Notes: generated by a model not told the origin, from the letters alone. DNA of 64,000 nucleotides from Spirochaetia bacterium (GCA_963666985.2 CAXXIA010000002.1:192001-256000); one strand, 5' to 3'. Positions 9,590-19,302 are shown, counted from the first letter of the stretch. Program-made: numbers and translations.

Positions 9590-10156
9590 ATGAATCTCAT
9601 CGTATTCCTGGGCAATCCCGGAGATCGCTACTCACGGACCCGCCACAACGCCGGACGGATGGTGCTTGAAAAGATGCCGTTTTTCAAAGAAGCGGCCTGG
9701 AGAGAGAAATTTCACGGGAAAATCGCCGAAGTAACGCTGGGAAGCCGAAAAATCCGTTCTCTCGTTCCGGATACGTTCATGAACCTGACGGGGAAATCGG
9801 CCGCGGCGGCCGCAACGTTCTTCAAACTCAAGCCGGGAAATCTTCTGATTGTTCACGACGATTTGGAAATCCCCTTCGGGCAAATCGGGCTGAAGTTCGG
9901 CGGCGGGACGGCCGGACATAACGGTTTAAAATCGATCCGGGACAGTCTGGGAACGGCCGATTTCGGACGTCTGCGGATAGGGATTGGTAGACCGGAGAAA
10001 GGATCCGTGCAATCATGGGTTCTCGGCCGATTTTCACCCGAAGAGGAGGCGGCGCTACCCGTTGTTCTGGAAGCGGCCGCCGGATTGCTGGAACACGCCG
10101 CGGACGATTTCGACGGCGCGATGAGAACGAACGGAACTATAAAGGTTTACGGATGA
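9590..10156 (+). CDS. pth: Peptidyl-tRNA hydrolase
   Basis: LGNPG..TRHNAG, P.TFMNL.G, HDDL, GHNGLKSI, RLRIGIGRP. Confidence 0.97.
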   Translation: MNLIVFLGNPGDRYSRTRHNAGRMVLEKMPFFKEAAWREKFHGKIAEVTLGSRKIRSLVPDTFMNLTGKSAAAAATFFKLKPGNLLIVHDDLEIPFGQIGLKFGGGTAGHNGLKSIRDSLGTADFGRLRIGIGRPEKGSVQSWVLGRFSPEEEAALPVVLEAAAGLLEHAADDFDGAMRTNGTIKVYG

Positions 10157-11160
10157 TCGATTTTCCATGCGAAGAAAAAAGCGAAAACGACAAAGAGAGT
10201 GCTCCGAATAATCCGAATGAAAAACCGAATGAGGAAGCGCGGCTCAAACTCCTCAAAAAGGCCTCCTGGGCCGGTATCGTCGGCAACGCCCTGCTTTCCT
10301 CACTGAAAATTGTCGCCGGATGGATTTCGGGATCACTTGCGGTCGTCGGCGACGGCATAGACAGCCTCAGCGATGTCGTTACGTCCATTGTTACGCTGTA
10401 TGCGGCCAAAACGGCGGCGATGCCCCCCGACCCGGAACACCCCTGGGGACACCGCAGAGCCGAAGCCATCGCGACGAAAACCTTGTCGCTGGTCATCATC
10501 ATGGCCGGACTCCAGCTGCTGATTTTAACCGTAAAAAAACTTACCGGCTCGGTAACAACGGAACTTCCCGGCTCTCTGGCTCTCATCGCCACGGGAATCT
10601 CCGTTCTAGGGAAGCTGGGATTGGCCGGTTATAAATTCCACGCCGGCCGCGTCTGCGAGAGTGAGATGATGAAGGCCGATGCGATCAACATGCGCAACGA
10701 TATCATTCTCTCGCTGGTGGTGCTGATCGGAGTTTTTACCACGCGGATTCTCAAGATACCCATTATCGACATTCTGGCCGGATTCGGCGTAAGCGTCTGG
10801 ATTATCGTCGTCGGCATTCAAGTCTTTCTCCATTCGAACACCGAGCTCATGGACAGCATCGACGATCCGGATCTCTACCGTCATGTTTTCGAAGCCGTTG
10901 ATGCCGTTGAAGGGGTGTTTAATCCGCATCGCGTGAGAATCAGAAGCCTGAACGCTCTGTATGTTATCGACCTGGACGTTGAAGTGAACGGCAAACTCTC
11001 GGTCTCGGAGGCCCACCGGCTGGCCTGCAAGGTGGAATCGGAGATTCGCCGCAGAGTAAAGAAGGTTTTCGACATCATGGTTCACATCGAACCGGCGGGC
11101 GTCGCCGACCACGAAGAGGGATACGGTTTGGTTCCCGAAGATCTGAACAAACAGTCTTGA
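10153..11160 (+). CDS. Cation diffusion facilitator (FieF-like) transporter
   Basis: GSLAVVGDGIDSLSD, PPDPEHPWGHRRAE, C-terminal AH and VHIEP; ATGA overlap with pth. Confidence 0.93.
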   Translation: MIDFPCEEKSENDKESAPNNPNEKPNEEARLKLLKKASWAGIVGNALLSSLKIVAGWISGSLAVVGDGIDSLSDVVTSIVTLYAAKTAAMPPDPEHPWGHRRAEAIATKTLSLVIIMAGLQLLILTVKKLTGSVTTELPGSLALIATGISVLGKLGLAGYKFHAGRVCESEMMKADAINMRNDIILSLVVLIGVFTTRILKIPIIDILAGFGVSVWIIVVGIQVFLHSNTELMDSIDDPDLYRHVFEAVDAVEGVFNPHRVRIRSLNALYVIDLDVEVNGKLSVSEAHRLACKVESEIRRRVKKVFDIMVHIEPAGVADHEEGYGLVPEDLNKQS

Positions 11161-11272
11161 CGGGTAACTTCTTTCTCCAAATATAATTAGGAATAGCTAA
11201 TTATCTCTTCGCTCTTGATTTTCTAAATCGATGCGCATACATTGGGATCAGAAAAATAACCGGAGGTAGCCC

Positions 11273-11446
11273 ATGGCCTACTCTATCAACAAAGACGAAT
11301 GTGTTAACTGCGGCGCTTGCGAACCCGAGTGCCCTGTTGAAGCGATCAGCGAAAAGGACGATGCCCGTTTTATCGATCCCGACATGTGCACCAGCTGCGG
11401 TTCCTGCGCCGAGGTGTGCCCCACCGAGTGCATCATCGCGGACTGA
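11273..11446 (+). CDS. 2[4Fe-4S] clostridial-type ferredoxin, 57 aa (below ORF-track cutoff)
   Basis: Hand translation [57 protein letters not shown]; two CxxCxxCxxxCP motifs; SD GGAGG. Confidence 0.96.
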   Translation: MAYSINKDECVNCGACEPECPVEAISEKDDARFIDPDMCTSCGSCAEVCPTECIIAD

Positions 11447-11467
11447 TATTCAACAACCCGTTGATGC

Positions 11468-11497
11468 AAAGCCGCCGCTTTCCGGCGGCTTTCTTTT
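11468..11497 (+). terminator. Intrinsic terminator after ferredoxin
   Basis: AAAGCCGCCG-ctttc-CGGCGGCTTT followed by CTTTT. Confidence 0.85.
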
Positions 11498-11591
11498 AAA
11501 TCTTATTCAAAGCGAACCCGCAAAGCATCCGATTCGCATCACGATCGCGGGCGGCATTTTTGAATAAGCCTCTTTTTGTTATATTCATTCC

Positions 11592-12815
11592 ATGCCGTTT
11601 AATCCGAAACCGTTTAATCCGAAACCTCTGCTGGACCGCTCCGCGATGTATCATGCCGTTCGCCGCTATTTCGATACTCACGGCTATCTGGAAGCCGACA
11701 CCCCCGTCCTTACCGCATCTCCCATCCCGGAATCCCATATCGATCTTTTTCACACGCAGGTTCATCACCCCGATAACGGGGCTTCGGATTCTTTCCTCGT
11801 CCCCTCTCCGGAGGTATGGCTCAAGCTTCTGCTGGCCGAAGGAGCCCCTTCCCTCTACCAGATCGCTCCCTGCTTCCGTAACGGAGAACAGATGGACCGA
11901 TGGCACCGTCCGGAGTTCCGGATGCTCGAGTGGTATGGCCTCGGAGCTACGGCCGAAAAGAATGCCGCGGTAATGCAGGATGTTTTGAACGTTTGCGTCG
12001 AAGCGGTGCGGCCGGATGCTCCGGCGGATGTTTCGGGCCGAATCACGGCGATAACCATGGAAGAGGCTTTCCGCGATTACGCCGGGTTTTCCCTGGAATC
12101 GGATTTAAGGGAAGCCGGACTGGCGGATTCGGGCGCGGCGGGCACAGCGGATGAGGTACAAAAGAAGTCGGAAAACGCGGCAAACGGGATGTCCGCGGCC
12201 GCTGCTCGAAGTGCCGAATCGGACGATACCTCTGAAAAGGCCTTAGAGGCTCAAGCAGCCTCGGAAGCCGAGGCGCTGGAAAGAGCGGCGGAGATTCTGG
12301 CGGCCAGGCTCGAAGAACGGGGACTTCCCGGCGGCGGCAACACGGCGGAGATGACCGCCGCCTCCGGGAAAAGCGGCCGGATGTGCCGCGAAACGGCCGA
12401 CGATCTTTTTCACCGCCTCTTTATAACTTTGGTGGAAGATGCGCTGCCGACCGATACCCCCCTTATCCTGACCGATTGGCCGGCTCTCATCCCCACCCTG
12501 GCCCGCCGCATTCCCGGAACGCCTTGGGCGGAACGCTGGGAGCTCTATATTCGCGGAGTTGAAGCGGCCAACTGCTACGGAGAAGAAACCGACTCGAATC
12601 GCCTCATTTCATACTGGCGCTCCGAATCGGAACGCGTAAAACGCGCCGGCGGAATCGCGGCCGGTGTCGCCGATTGGCCGGAAAAAATCGCCTCGGCGAT
12701 GCCTCCCTGCTCCGGAGCAGCGGTGGGTTTGGACCGCCTGCTGGCGCTCATTCGGGGCGATGATGACCTGAAGGGGCTGGACCTTTTCACGAAACATGAT
12801 ATGATTCGCCGGTAA
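11592..12815 (+). CDS. epmA: EF-P lysine aminoacylase EpmA (class II aaRS paralogue) with low-complexity insertion
   Basis: SPE.WLKLLLA, CFRNGE..H.PEF.MLEWY, ERWELY..GVE.AN, PPCSGAAVGLDRL; adjacent to efp. Confidence 0.9.
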   Translation: MPFNPKPFNPKPLLDRSAMYHAVRRYFDTHGYLEADTPVLTASPIPESHIDLFHTQVHHPDNGASDSFLVPSPEVWLKLLLAEGAPSLYQIAPCFRNGEQMDRWHRPEFRMLEWYGLGATAEKNAAVMQDVLNVCVEAVRPDAPADVSGRITAITMEEAFRDYAGFSLESDLREAGLADSGAAGTADEVQKKSENAANGMSAAAARSAESDDTSEKALEAQAASEAEALERAAEILAARLEERGLPGGGNTAEMTAASGKSGRMCRETADDLFHRLFITLVEDALPTDTPLILTDWPALIPTLARRIPGTPWAERWELYIRGVEAANCYGEETDSNRLISYWRSESERVKRAGGIAAGVADWPEKIASAMPPCSGAAVGLDRLLALIRGDDDLKGLDLFTKHDMIRR

Positions 12816-12906
12816 TTATCAACAGGTAAATCAATAAGCGCGGATCGACCGAACCTGTCGCATAAAACGCCGCGCATCCGGCAAACAATAGAAGCAGGAA
12901 CATATT

Positions 12907-13476
12907 ATGGGAATGATTAAAGCGGGCGCCATAGCTAAAGGCACCTATCTCTTGGAAAAAACAGAACCCTTTGTCGTCGTGGAACGGGAATTCGTTAATC
13001 CCGGAAAAGGCTCCGCGTTCGTTCGGCTGAAGCTGAAGAATCTGCGCAGCGGCGCCGTCCTGAAGATTACTCATAAGAGTCAGGATAACTGCGAAGAAAT
13101 CGATGTTGATGAATTCGACGCGCAGTTTCTCTATTCGGACGGAACCAGCTATCATTTCATGGACAGCAACACCTTCGACCAGTTCGAAGTACCGATGACC
13201 GCTCATGAAGACGCCCAATACTTCATGCTTGAAGGAGAAACATTTAAAGTTACCCGCTGGAACGGCGAAACTCTCGATATCCGTCTTCCGCCGAAAAAAG
13301 ACCTGATCGTGGCCGAGGCCGAAGAGGCCGTAAAAGGCGATACCGTAACCGGCGCGACGAAATACGTGGTAACCGAAACCGGCTTGAAGGTTAAGGTTCC
13401 CATTTTCATTAAGCAGGGCGAGAAAATCCGCATCAGCGTGGATACCAAGGAATATCAGGAACGCATCAACGACTGA
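12907..13476 (+). CDS. efp: Translation elongation factor P
   Basis: PGKGSAFVR loop, VKGDT, ETG..VKVP.FI..GE. Confidence 0.98.
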   Translation: MGMIKAGAIAKGTYLLEKTEPFVVVEREFVNPGKGSAFVRLKLKNLRSGAVLKITHKSQDNCEEIDVDEFDAQFLYSDGTSYHFMDSNTFDQFEVPMTAHEDAQYFMLEGETFKVTRWNGETLDIRLPPKKDLIVAEAEEAVKGDTVTGATKYVVTETGLKVKVPIFIKQGEKIRISVDTKEYQERIND

Positions 13477-13495
13477 TCCTTTTTCCAGGATCGTG

Positions 13496-13562
13496 TCCCG
13501 ACGGGATTCGGATGCGGAGAACAGACAAGACGCCGCATAAGAGTTCTCCCGACGGGATTCGG
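13496..13562. repeat. 16-bp direct repeat pair TCCCGACGGGATTCGG
   Basis: Exact copies at 13496-13511 and 13547-13562 between convergent genes; unit contains TCCC-gac-GGGA hairpin. Confidence 0.8.
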
Positions 13563-13625
13563 GAGTGCTCAACGGCAAGCTCTCCATGAAATTCTTCGCC
13601 GAAGCCCGGTTTTCGGGAACAATTT

Positions 13626-14351
13626 CTATATCGCGGCAGCTTTCATTTGCCTGAGAAAATCCTGCATTTCCGAGGGATTATCCCGGAGCTTCAACACCGC
13701 GCTTCCGACAAAAAATCCATCGGCTCCGCATTCCTTGATGTACCGGATATCATCCGAAGTCCGTATGCCGACTCCGCAATAGATGGGGCGATCGCTCCCC
13801 TTGGTGACGGTCTCCCGGAGGAAGCGGATGCATTTATCCAGGGTGTCGTATTCCGGATGGACCTCTCCGGTGGACTTCGACTGAAGGTAGAGAAATCCAT
13901 TCGTTTCGCGGGCGTTGATGAGTTCCTCTTCCGGAAGATGAAAGGGGATATATGTGCTGACTTTCAGTCCGGAATCCATGCATGTCCGACGAAAATCCCT
14001 GTTGGGTTCGCCGAGGTACACCAGATTCTCAAAACCTCCGTCGGTGCAAAAACGAATAAAGCGGTCTTCACCGATTTCTTCAATGGTCTTCCGATAAGCC
14101 AGGATGATGTACTTCTTGTCGGGATGACACCGCTTGATTGCAAGAAGTGCATCCATGTACTCCTGATAGTCGCCGCATGCCTCCAGCGCCGCTTTCATCC
14201 GATCTTGGATGAACGGAGGATCGAGATACGGATCCCGGGCCGGGAAATCAGCTTCCAGGACATCGCATCCGGCCTCGAAGAACAGATCCGCCGATTCCGA
14301 TGAATACTCGATGGAAGGATATCCGTTGGATAAGTAACAAATAAGGTTCAT
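13626..14351 (-). CDS. Tryptophan synthase alpha-like TIM barrel, paralogue 2
   Basis: YLSNGYPS, GCDVLEADFPARDPYLDPPFIQ, GVGIRT, GADGFFVGSA; retains equivalents of TrpA Glu49 and Asp60. Confidence 0.85.
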   Translation of the reverse strand: MNLICYLSNGYPSIEYSSESADLFFEAGCDVLEADFPARDPYLDPPFIQDRMKAALEACGDYQEYMDALLAIKRCHPDKKYIILAYRKTIEEIGEDRFIRFCTDGGFENLVYLGEPNRDFRRTCMDSGLKVSTYIPFHLPEEELINARETNGFLYLQSKSTGEVHPEYDTLDKCIRFLRETVTKGSDRPIYCGVGIRTSDDIRYIKECGADGFFVGSAVLKLRDNPSEMQDFLRQMKAAAI

Positions 14352-15085
14352 GAGTTCGCCGCTCCTTGACATACCAGCTTAAATTCCCGGATTTTCTCCC
14401 TCAATTCGTCGGGAAAGCCTTCAAGTTCCATGAAGGTACTTCCGACAAAAATCCCGTCACTGCCCGATTCCAGGGCCAGAGCGGCATCTTGAGGAGTTTT
14501 AATGCCCACGCCGGTGTATATTTTTCGATCCTGCGCCAAACGGAGACGCAGATAATCGATGCAATTCCTCAATTCGGGGAATCTCAGCCGATCATCGGAA
14601 ACCTGGGGCTTCGCCTGAAGGTAGACGAATCCGTTCCCTCGCTCCGCCGCACCGACTTCATTCCAATCCATCTGGAACTGGACGTAGCAGCTGATATGAA
14701 GACCTGCGGCAATCAGCCGGTTCTTCATCACGGAGTCTCCCCCCCCGATGAAGGTTACGTCGAGAAACCCTTCTGCAAGGCAAAATCCGACGAAACGATC
14801 CTCGCCGATTTCTTCGATGGTCTCTTCATAAGCCAGAAGGAAGATCGTCAGGCCGGGACAGGCGCTCCGGATCGCCGTGAGATTCTCCATGTAGGCTTCC
14901 CAGTTAAGGCTCTTTTCCCGTGCAGTGAGCATCCTCCGGGCAATATTAGGCCCTTCCAAATAGGGATCTGCGGCAGGAAAATCGATCTGCATGGCATCAA
15001 TCCCCGCCTTATGATAGCGCAAAGCCAGATCCCGGCTGCCACCCAGCGAGGGATACCCGTTCGAGAGGTATGAAATCAGCTTCAT
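14348..15085 (-). CDS. Tryptophan synthase alpha-like TIM barrel, paralogue 1
   Basis: YLSNGYPS, GIDAMQIDFPAADPYLEGPNI, GVGIKT, GSDGIFVGST; Glu49->Gln and Asp60->Glu equivalents. Confidence 0.85.
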   Translation of the reverse strand: MKLISYLSNGYPSLGGSRDLALRYHKAGIDAMQIDFPAADPYLEGPNIARRMLTAREKSLNWEAYMENLTAIRSACPGLTIFLLAYEETIEEIGEDRFVGFCLAEGFLDVTFIGGGDSVMKNRLIAAGLHISCYVQFQMDWNEVGAAERGNGFVYLQAKPQVSDDRLRFPELRNCIDYLRLRLAQDRKIYTGVGIKTPQDAALALESGSDGIFVGSTFMELEGFPDELREKIREFKLVCQGAANS

Positions 15086-15088
15086 CGG

Positions 15089-16231
15089 TCAGGATCCGGA
15101 ATAAATCGTCCGCAGCAATTCAGTCATTCCCTCCTTCGAAGGAATGATCGGATTGGTTTTCGTACAGCCGTCGGCCATGGCTAAGTCCGCGAGGGTTCCT
15201 AAGTTCTTCTCGAAGGCCTCTTCTTCAACCACATCGCCCAGAGTTCGGGGAATCCCGACTTTTTCGTTCAGACTTCTGACGGCATCTCCGAAGTCGCCGG
15301 CCCCCAGGGCTTCCGCCAGGCCGTCGTATAGGCCCTTTGCGCGGGAATCGGAGCAGTTGAAATCGATCACATAGGGAAGAATGATCGCATTTGCCTTCCC
15401 GTGGGGAAGATGAAAAAGTGATCCGCAGCCGTGGGCGATGGAATGGACGATGCCCAGAGAGACGTTGGTAAAGGCGAGTCCTGCAACCATCGACGCGTTC
15501 ATCATCGTCTCCCGCGCCTTCAAATCTCCGCCATCTTTGCAAGCCGCGGGAAGAGCGCGGAAGACATCCAGAATAGCCTGTTTCGCCAAGATGTCCGACA
15601 CGTAATTAGCTCGAGTGGACGCATAGGCCTCGACGGCGTGAGTCAGGGCGTCCATTCCCGTCGCGGCGGTCATTTCCGGAGGCAAGCTCACCGTCAGGAC
15701 CGGATCGCAGATAGCCAAATCCGGCATCATCTCCATATTGCCTATCCCGCATTTCACCCCGTCATCGTCGGTGATTACCACAGAACGGGAGACTTCGCTC
15801 GCAGAACCGCTGGTCGTCGGAATGCAGCCGAAACGCGCTTTTCCGCGCAGTTTGGGAAATCCTTCCTTGGACATCAGAGGAACGAGGGAATCAATCTCGG
15901 GATGCTCATAGAGCACCCACATCGTCTTGGCCGCATCCATAACCGAACCGCCGCCGACGGCAAGGATGAAATCCGGCTCTTCCCCGAGGAAGAACTCGGC
16001 GCCTTTCCTCACTGTGGAGAAGGAAGGATCGGGCTCCACGCCGACAAAGACGGAGAACGGAATCCCGACTTCTTCCAAGGGAGCGACGATGAGCGCCCAC
16101 TGCTCACTTTTTCTGATTCGTTCCGAGGAAACAACGATAACGACTTTTTTCGCGCCCAGGGTTTTCAGATGCCCCAGGGTCCCGGCTCCAAAAAGGAGTT
16201 GGTTCCCTGCGAGTTTCATTGGCCTCATCAT
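15089..16231 (-). CDS. Iron-containing alcohol dehydrogenase
   Basis: GGGSVMDAAK, PTTSGSASE, GMDALTHAVEAY, HSIAH..HG metal ligands. Confidence 0.95.
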   Translation of the reverse strand: MMRPMKLAGNQLLFGAGTLGHLKTLGAKKVVIVVSSERIRKSEQWALIVAPLEEVGIPFSVFVGVEPDPSFSTVRKGAEFFLGEEPDFILAVGGGSVMDAAKTMWVLYEHPEIDSLVPLMSKEGFPKLRGKARFGCIPTTSGSASEVSRSVVITDDDGVKCGIGNMEMMPDLAICDPVLTVSLPPEMTAATGMDALTHAVEAYASTRANYVSDILAKQAILDVFRALPAACKDGGDLKARETMMNASMVAGLAFTNVSLGIVHSIAHGCGSLFHLPHGKANAIILPYVIDFNCSDSRAKGLYDGLAEALGAGDFGDAVRSLNEKVGIPRTLGDVVEEEAFEKNLGTLADLAMADGCTKTNPIIPSKEGMTELLRTIYSGS

Positions 16232-16236
16232 GAGCT

Positions 16237-17022
16237 TTATCCTTTGTACGCGGCAATCAGATCACTTGCCAAAGCGGAATCGATGGGATTCGTCAGAACT
16301 CCGCCCTTCTTGATGGAAGAACCGATAAAAGCGCCGTCGGCGATGTTCATTTGGTCCTTGATGTTGTCTGTTTTCACTCCACTGCCGACGAAAACGGGGA
16401 TTTTCACGTTCTTTTTCACATTTTCGAGGCTTTCGATCGGCGTCGCATGTCCGCTGGCCGCTCCGGTAATGATGAGACCGTCGGCACCGCAGTCAACGGC
16501 CATTTTTGCGCTTTCCACAAGCGTTATGGAAGGAACGAGCATGTAGGAATGCTTCACCTGGATGTCGGCCAAAATCTTGATATTCGATCCTTTCAGTTCT
16601 TCCCGATACCGCATGCAATCCGCCGCCGAAGGCTGGATCGTTCCACCGAAATACACGACGGTATCCACGAACACCGGCGTTCGGATGAAATCCGCATCGA
16701 GGATCTTGGCAATTGACAAGGACGTCTTGTAATCGTTGAAGGCCGCGTCTATGCCGATGGGCAGAGAGACATTCCTGCGAACCAGGGCGGCTATGGCGGA
16801 AAGGGCCGCAATCTGCGGAATATCCATAAAGGGCTTCAGCGGCGTATCGTTCATGTTCTCGATGCAGATCGCATCGAAGCCCGCTTTTTCAAGTTCTTTC
16901 GCGTCCTGGATAGCTTGGCTGATGATCTGTTCGCAATTATCCGCAAAATACGGGGTTTTCGGGAGCGGCAGGCAATGGACCATGCCGATCAGGTTCTTCT
17001 GATGCAAATCAAATTTCTTCAT
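16237..17022 (-). CDS. BtpA/SgcQ family TIM barrel protein
   Basis: IGMVH..PLP, ENMND.P, ADIQVKH, ADGLIITG..SG, VGSGV, ADGAFIGS..K..G. Confidence 0.92.
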   Translation of the reverse strand: MKKFDLHQKNLIGMVHCLPLPKTPYFADNCEQIISQAIQDAKELEKAGFDAICIENMNDTPLKPFMDIPQIAALSAIAALVRRNVSLPIGIDAAFNDYKTSLSIAKILDADFIRTPVFVDTVVYFGGTIQPSAADCMRYREELKGSNIKILADIQVKHSYMLVPSITLVESAKMAVDCGADGLIITGAASGHATPIESLENVKKNVKIPVFVGSGVKTDNIKDQMNIADGAFIGSSIKKGGVLTNPIDSALASDLIAAYKG

Positions 17023-17783
17023 GGCGTTTTCTTCTCCTTTTGATCGAGATTGAAAAAACTCTCCAGAGCCGCCCGGCAAAGGCGGTCTTCGGCCCGGGAA
17101 CGTTCTTCACCCTCCAAAACCCTCTTTAAGTTTTCCAGGACGGTAGCCAGGGTGAGAACCGCCGTCCGGACGCCCATGAGCCGTCCTACGTTCAACATCG
17201 CCGATGATTCCATATCAATGCAGGTCACCCCGAGTTCCTTCAGCTCGGTGAACGAAGCAACGATGTCACTTCCCCGCTCCCGGGAGAGCTTCGATTCGTG
17301 CATCTGAGAATAAAAACCGTCCTTGGTGCAATTCAGGCAGGTATGGTTCCTCTCGCCCATTTCGGCAAGGGTCTCACGGAGGTTCTGAACCATGGAAAAG
17401 TCGGCTACCGCGGGGTATCCCCGGGGCACGTAGCTGGAACTGGTGCCCTCCTGAGAGATGGAAGCCACAGGAATGAGGAAATCGCCGAGATAGTCGTCCA
17501 CCAGGCTCATGGTGGTTCCCATCCGCAGAGCCGCCCTCATGCCGCAGTTATACATTTCCTCCATGGCGATGGCGGCACTGGGCGCGCCGATTCCGGTAGA
17601 AGTAACGGTGATGGGGACACCCTTGTAGAAGCCCGTATAGGTGTTGAATTCCCGCGCGTAGGCGATATGCCTGGAATCGTCCAGATATTGCTGCACGTGT
17701 TCCACGCGCTGCGGATCGCCGGAGAAAATGACATAGGGCGCTACGTCGTCCGGCGAAACCTTCCCGTAGAGAGTTTTATTCAT
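17019..17783 (-). CDS. Nucleoside phosphorylase (uridine phosphorylase-like, NP-I family)
   Basis: GDPQRV, REF.TYTG, STGIGAPSAAIAMEE, RMGT, DMES. Confidence 0.9.
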   Translation of the reverse strand: MNKTLYGKVSPDDVAPYVIFSGDPQRVEHVQQYLDDSRHIAYAREFNTYTGFYKGVPITVTSTGIGAPSAAIAMEEMYNCGMRAALRMGTTMSLVDDYLGDFLIPVASISQEGTSSSYVPRGYPAVADFSMVQNLRETLAEMGERNHTCLNCTKDGFYSQMHESKLSRERGSDIVASFTELKELGVTCIDMESSAMLNVGRLMGVRTAVLTLATVLENLKRVLEGEERSRAEDRLCRAALESFFNLDQKEKKTP

Positions 17784-18741
17784 GAGTATTCCTTTTCCAG
17801 GCAGCGTGGCGCACCGAAAGTTGGTCGGCATTCGGTGCGTTGGTCACGCAGCCCGTTTTTTCAATGATGAACGAGGAGCAGACAGTGCCGAGTTCGCAGC
17901 ATATCCGGGGATCTTCCTTGCGGAAAAAACCGTACAGGAAACCGGCGATGTAAGCGTCGCCCGCTCCGGTAAAATCGGCGATGGGTGTCTCGGTGGGGCA
18001 TGTTCCGACGCGGAAAGCCGCCTCCCCGCCCATTTTATCAAGGAAGCATCGGCTTCCCTTTTTACCCATCGTCTCGACAATAATCTTGGCGTTTCCAAGG
18101 CGGAAGAGGTCGGTGATGCTATCAAGGGAAAAAGTCCGTACGATATCTTCCGATTCATGCTCGTTGGTGAAGATAATCTCGCTGTAGAGGAGCGCTTCCT
18201 CCAAGAAATCCCTTGGAAAGGCGTCGGCATCGAGCTTCATCCCCAGGATCAGCGGAACACCGTTTTTCCGGCACCCCTCAAGGAAAAGCCGGTTGTCCTG
18301 TTCTGAAGCGACGGTCATCAGGCCGTAAGCGCTCCGTTGGAAAAGCTCGTCTGGAACCGGTTCGGCGAATCGGCCTTCCATAGCCCCGGGATAGAAAAGG
18401 GTGATATGGTTTCCCAGATCGTCCTCGATGATGTATGAGCCGCTGGTTTTCTCGTCCGGCATCTCGCGGACGGCGTCCAGTGGCACTCCGAGCCTTTCTA
18501 AAAAGTCCCTGTAGCCGATATCGATCCAGTCGCCGCCCACCCGCATAATGGGGAGGGCCCGGGAGCCTAGGACGGTAAGGAGGCAGCAGATGTTGGCCGC
18601 GCATCCGCCGAAATAAATCCGACGGTTATCGGCGTTGGAAATAATCGACGTGCGGCCAACCTCGGTCCGGCTTTTGGTCTTAATCAGGTTGTCCATGGAA
18701 ACATAACCGCTTCCGATCAGGTCATACCGTTTTGAACTCAT
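17776..18741 (-). CDS. PfkB family kinase, nucleoside-kinase-like
   Basis: FGGCAANI, ITLFYPGAM, TMGKKG, DFTGAGDAY. Confidence 0.92.
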   Translation of the reverse strand: MSSKRYDLIGSGYVSMDNLIKTKSRTEVGRTSIISNADNRRIYFGGCAANICCLLTVLGSRALPIMRVGGDWIDIGYRDFLERLGVPLDAVREMPDEKTSGSYIIEDDLGNHITLFYPGAMEGRFAEPVPDELFQRSAYGLMTVASEQDNRLFLEGCRKNGVPLILGMKLDADAFPRDFLEEALLYSEIIFTNEHESEDIVRTFSLDSITDLFRLGNAKIIVETMGKKGSRCFLDKMGGEAAFRVGTCPTETPIADFTGAGDAYIAGFLYGFFRKEDPRICCELGTVCSSFIIEKTGCVTNAPNADQLSVRHAAWKRNTHE

Positions 18742-19302
18742 AGGATGCCCCGCTCGATCCGATCTTCCACCTCCGCGCTCCCCAGGACTGTTCCGATGTA
18801 CTTAGAAATGTCCCTCAGATAAACGGCGTTGGTGGCCTCGTCGTCGGTTCCCACACAGTCGGACACAACAAAGGTTTCGTAGTTCCTGTAATAGCTGTCC
18901 AGCGCCGTGGCGTTGATACAGCAGTTGGTCTTGGTACCCACGATCACCAAGTTCTTCACGCCGTTCTCTCTAAGAACCAGATCCAGATCGGTTCCGTAGA
19001 ACGCCGAGTAGCGGCGCTTCGGAATCACGTATTCACCCTCGCGGGGAGCGAGTTCCGAATCGATTTCCACGCCGCGGGTTCCTTCGAGGCAGCATTCCCT
19101 CATGTTCTCAAGATTCTTCTCCGGCATGCCGCGGCGATAGCGGTGCTGCATGAAAATCACCGTCATACCCTTGCTCCGGAAAAAGTCGAGGAGGGTCCTT
19201 GATTCGCGGAATAATCTCCCTGTTTCGGGGATAGAAGACCTTTCCCTCCGGATGGGTAAAATCGAAAACCATATCGACAACGATCAACGCGGTTTCAGAC
19301 AT
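18738..19302 (-). pseudogene. Isochorismatase-family cysteine hydrolase with a one-base insertion (real lesion or sequencing error)
   Basis: N-terminus ALIVVDM in ORF 19108-19302 and K (PKRRYSAF) plus C (GTKTNCC) in ORF 18738-19280; frames join if one base at 19197-19198 is removed. Confidence 0.85.

Noticed and set aside
13496..13562. Mini CRISPR array
   Set aside because: Only two 16-bp units, too short, no cas genes or leader
13626..15085. Labelling the TrpA-like genes as biosynthetic trpA
   Set aside because: Duplicated, divergent, no trpB or other trp genes nearby, catabolic context
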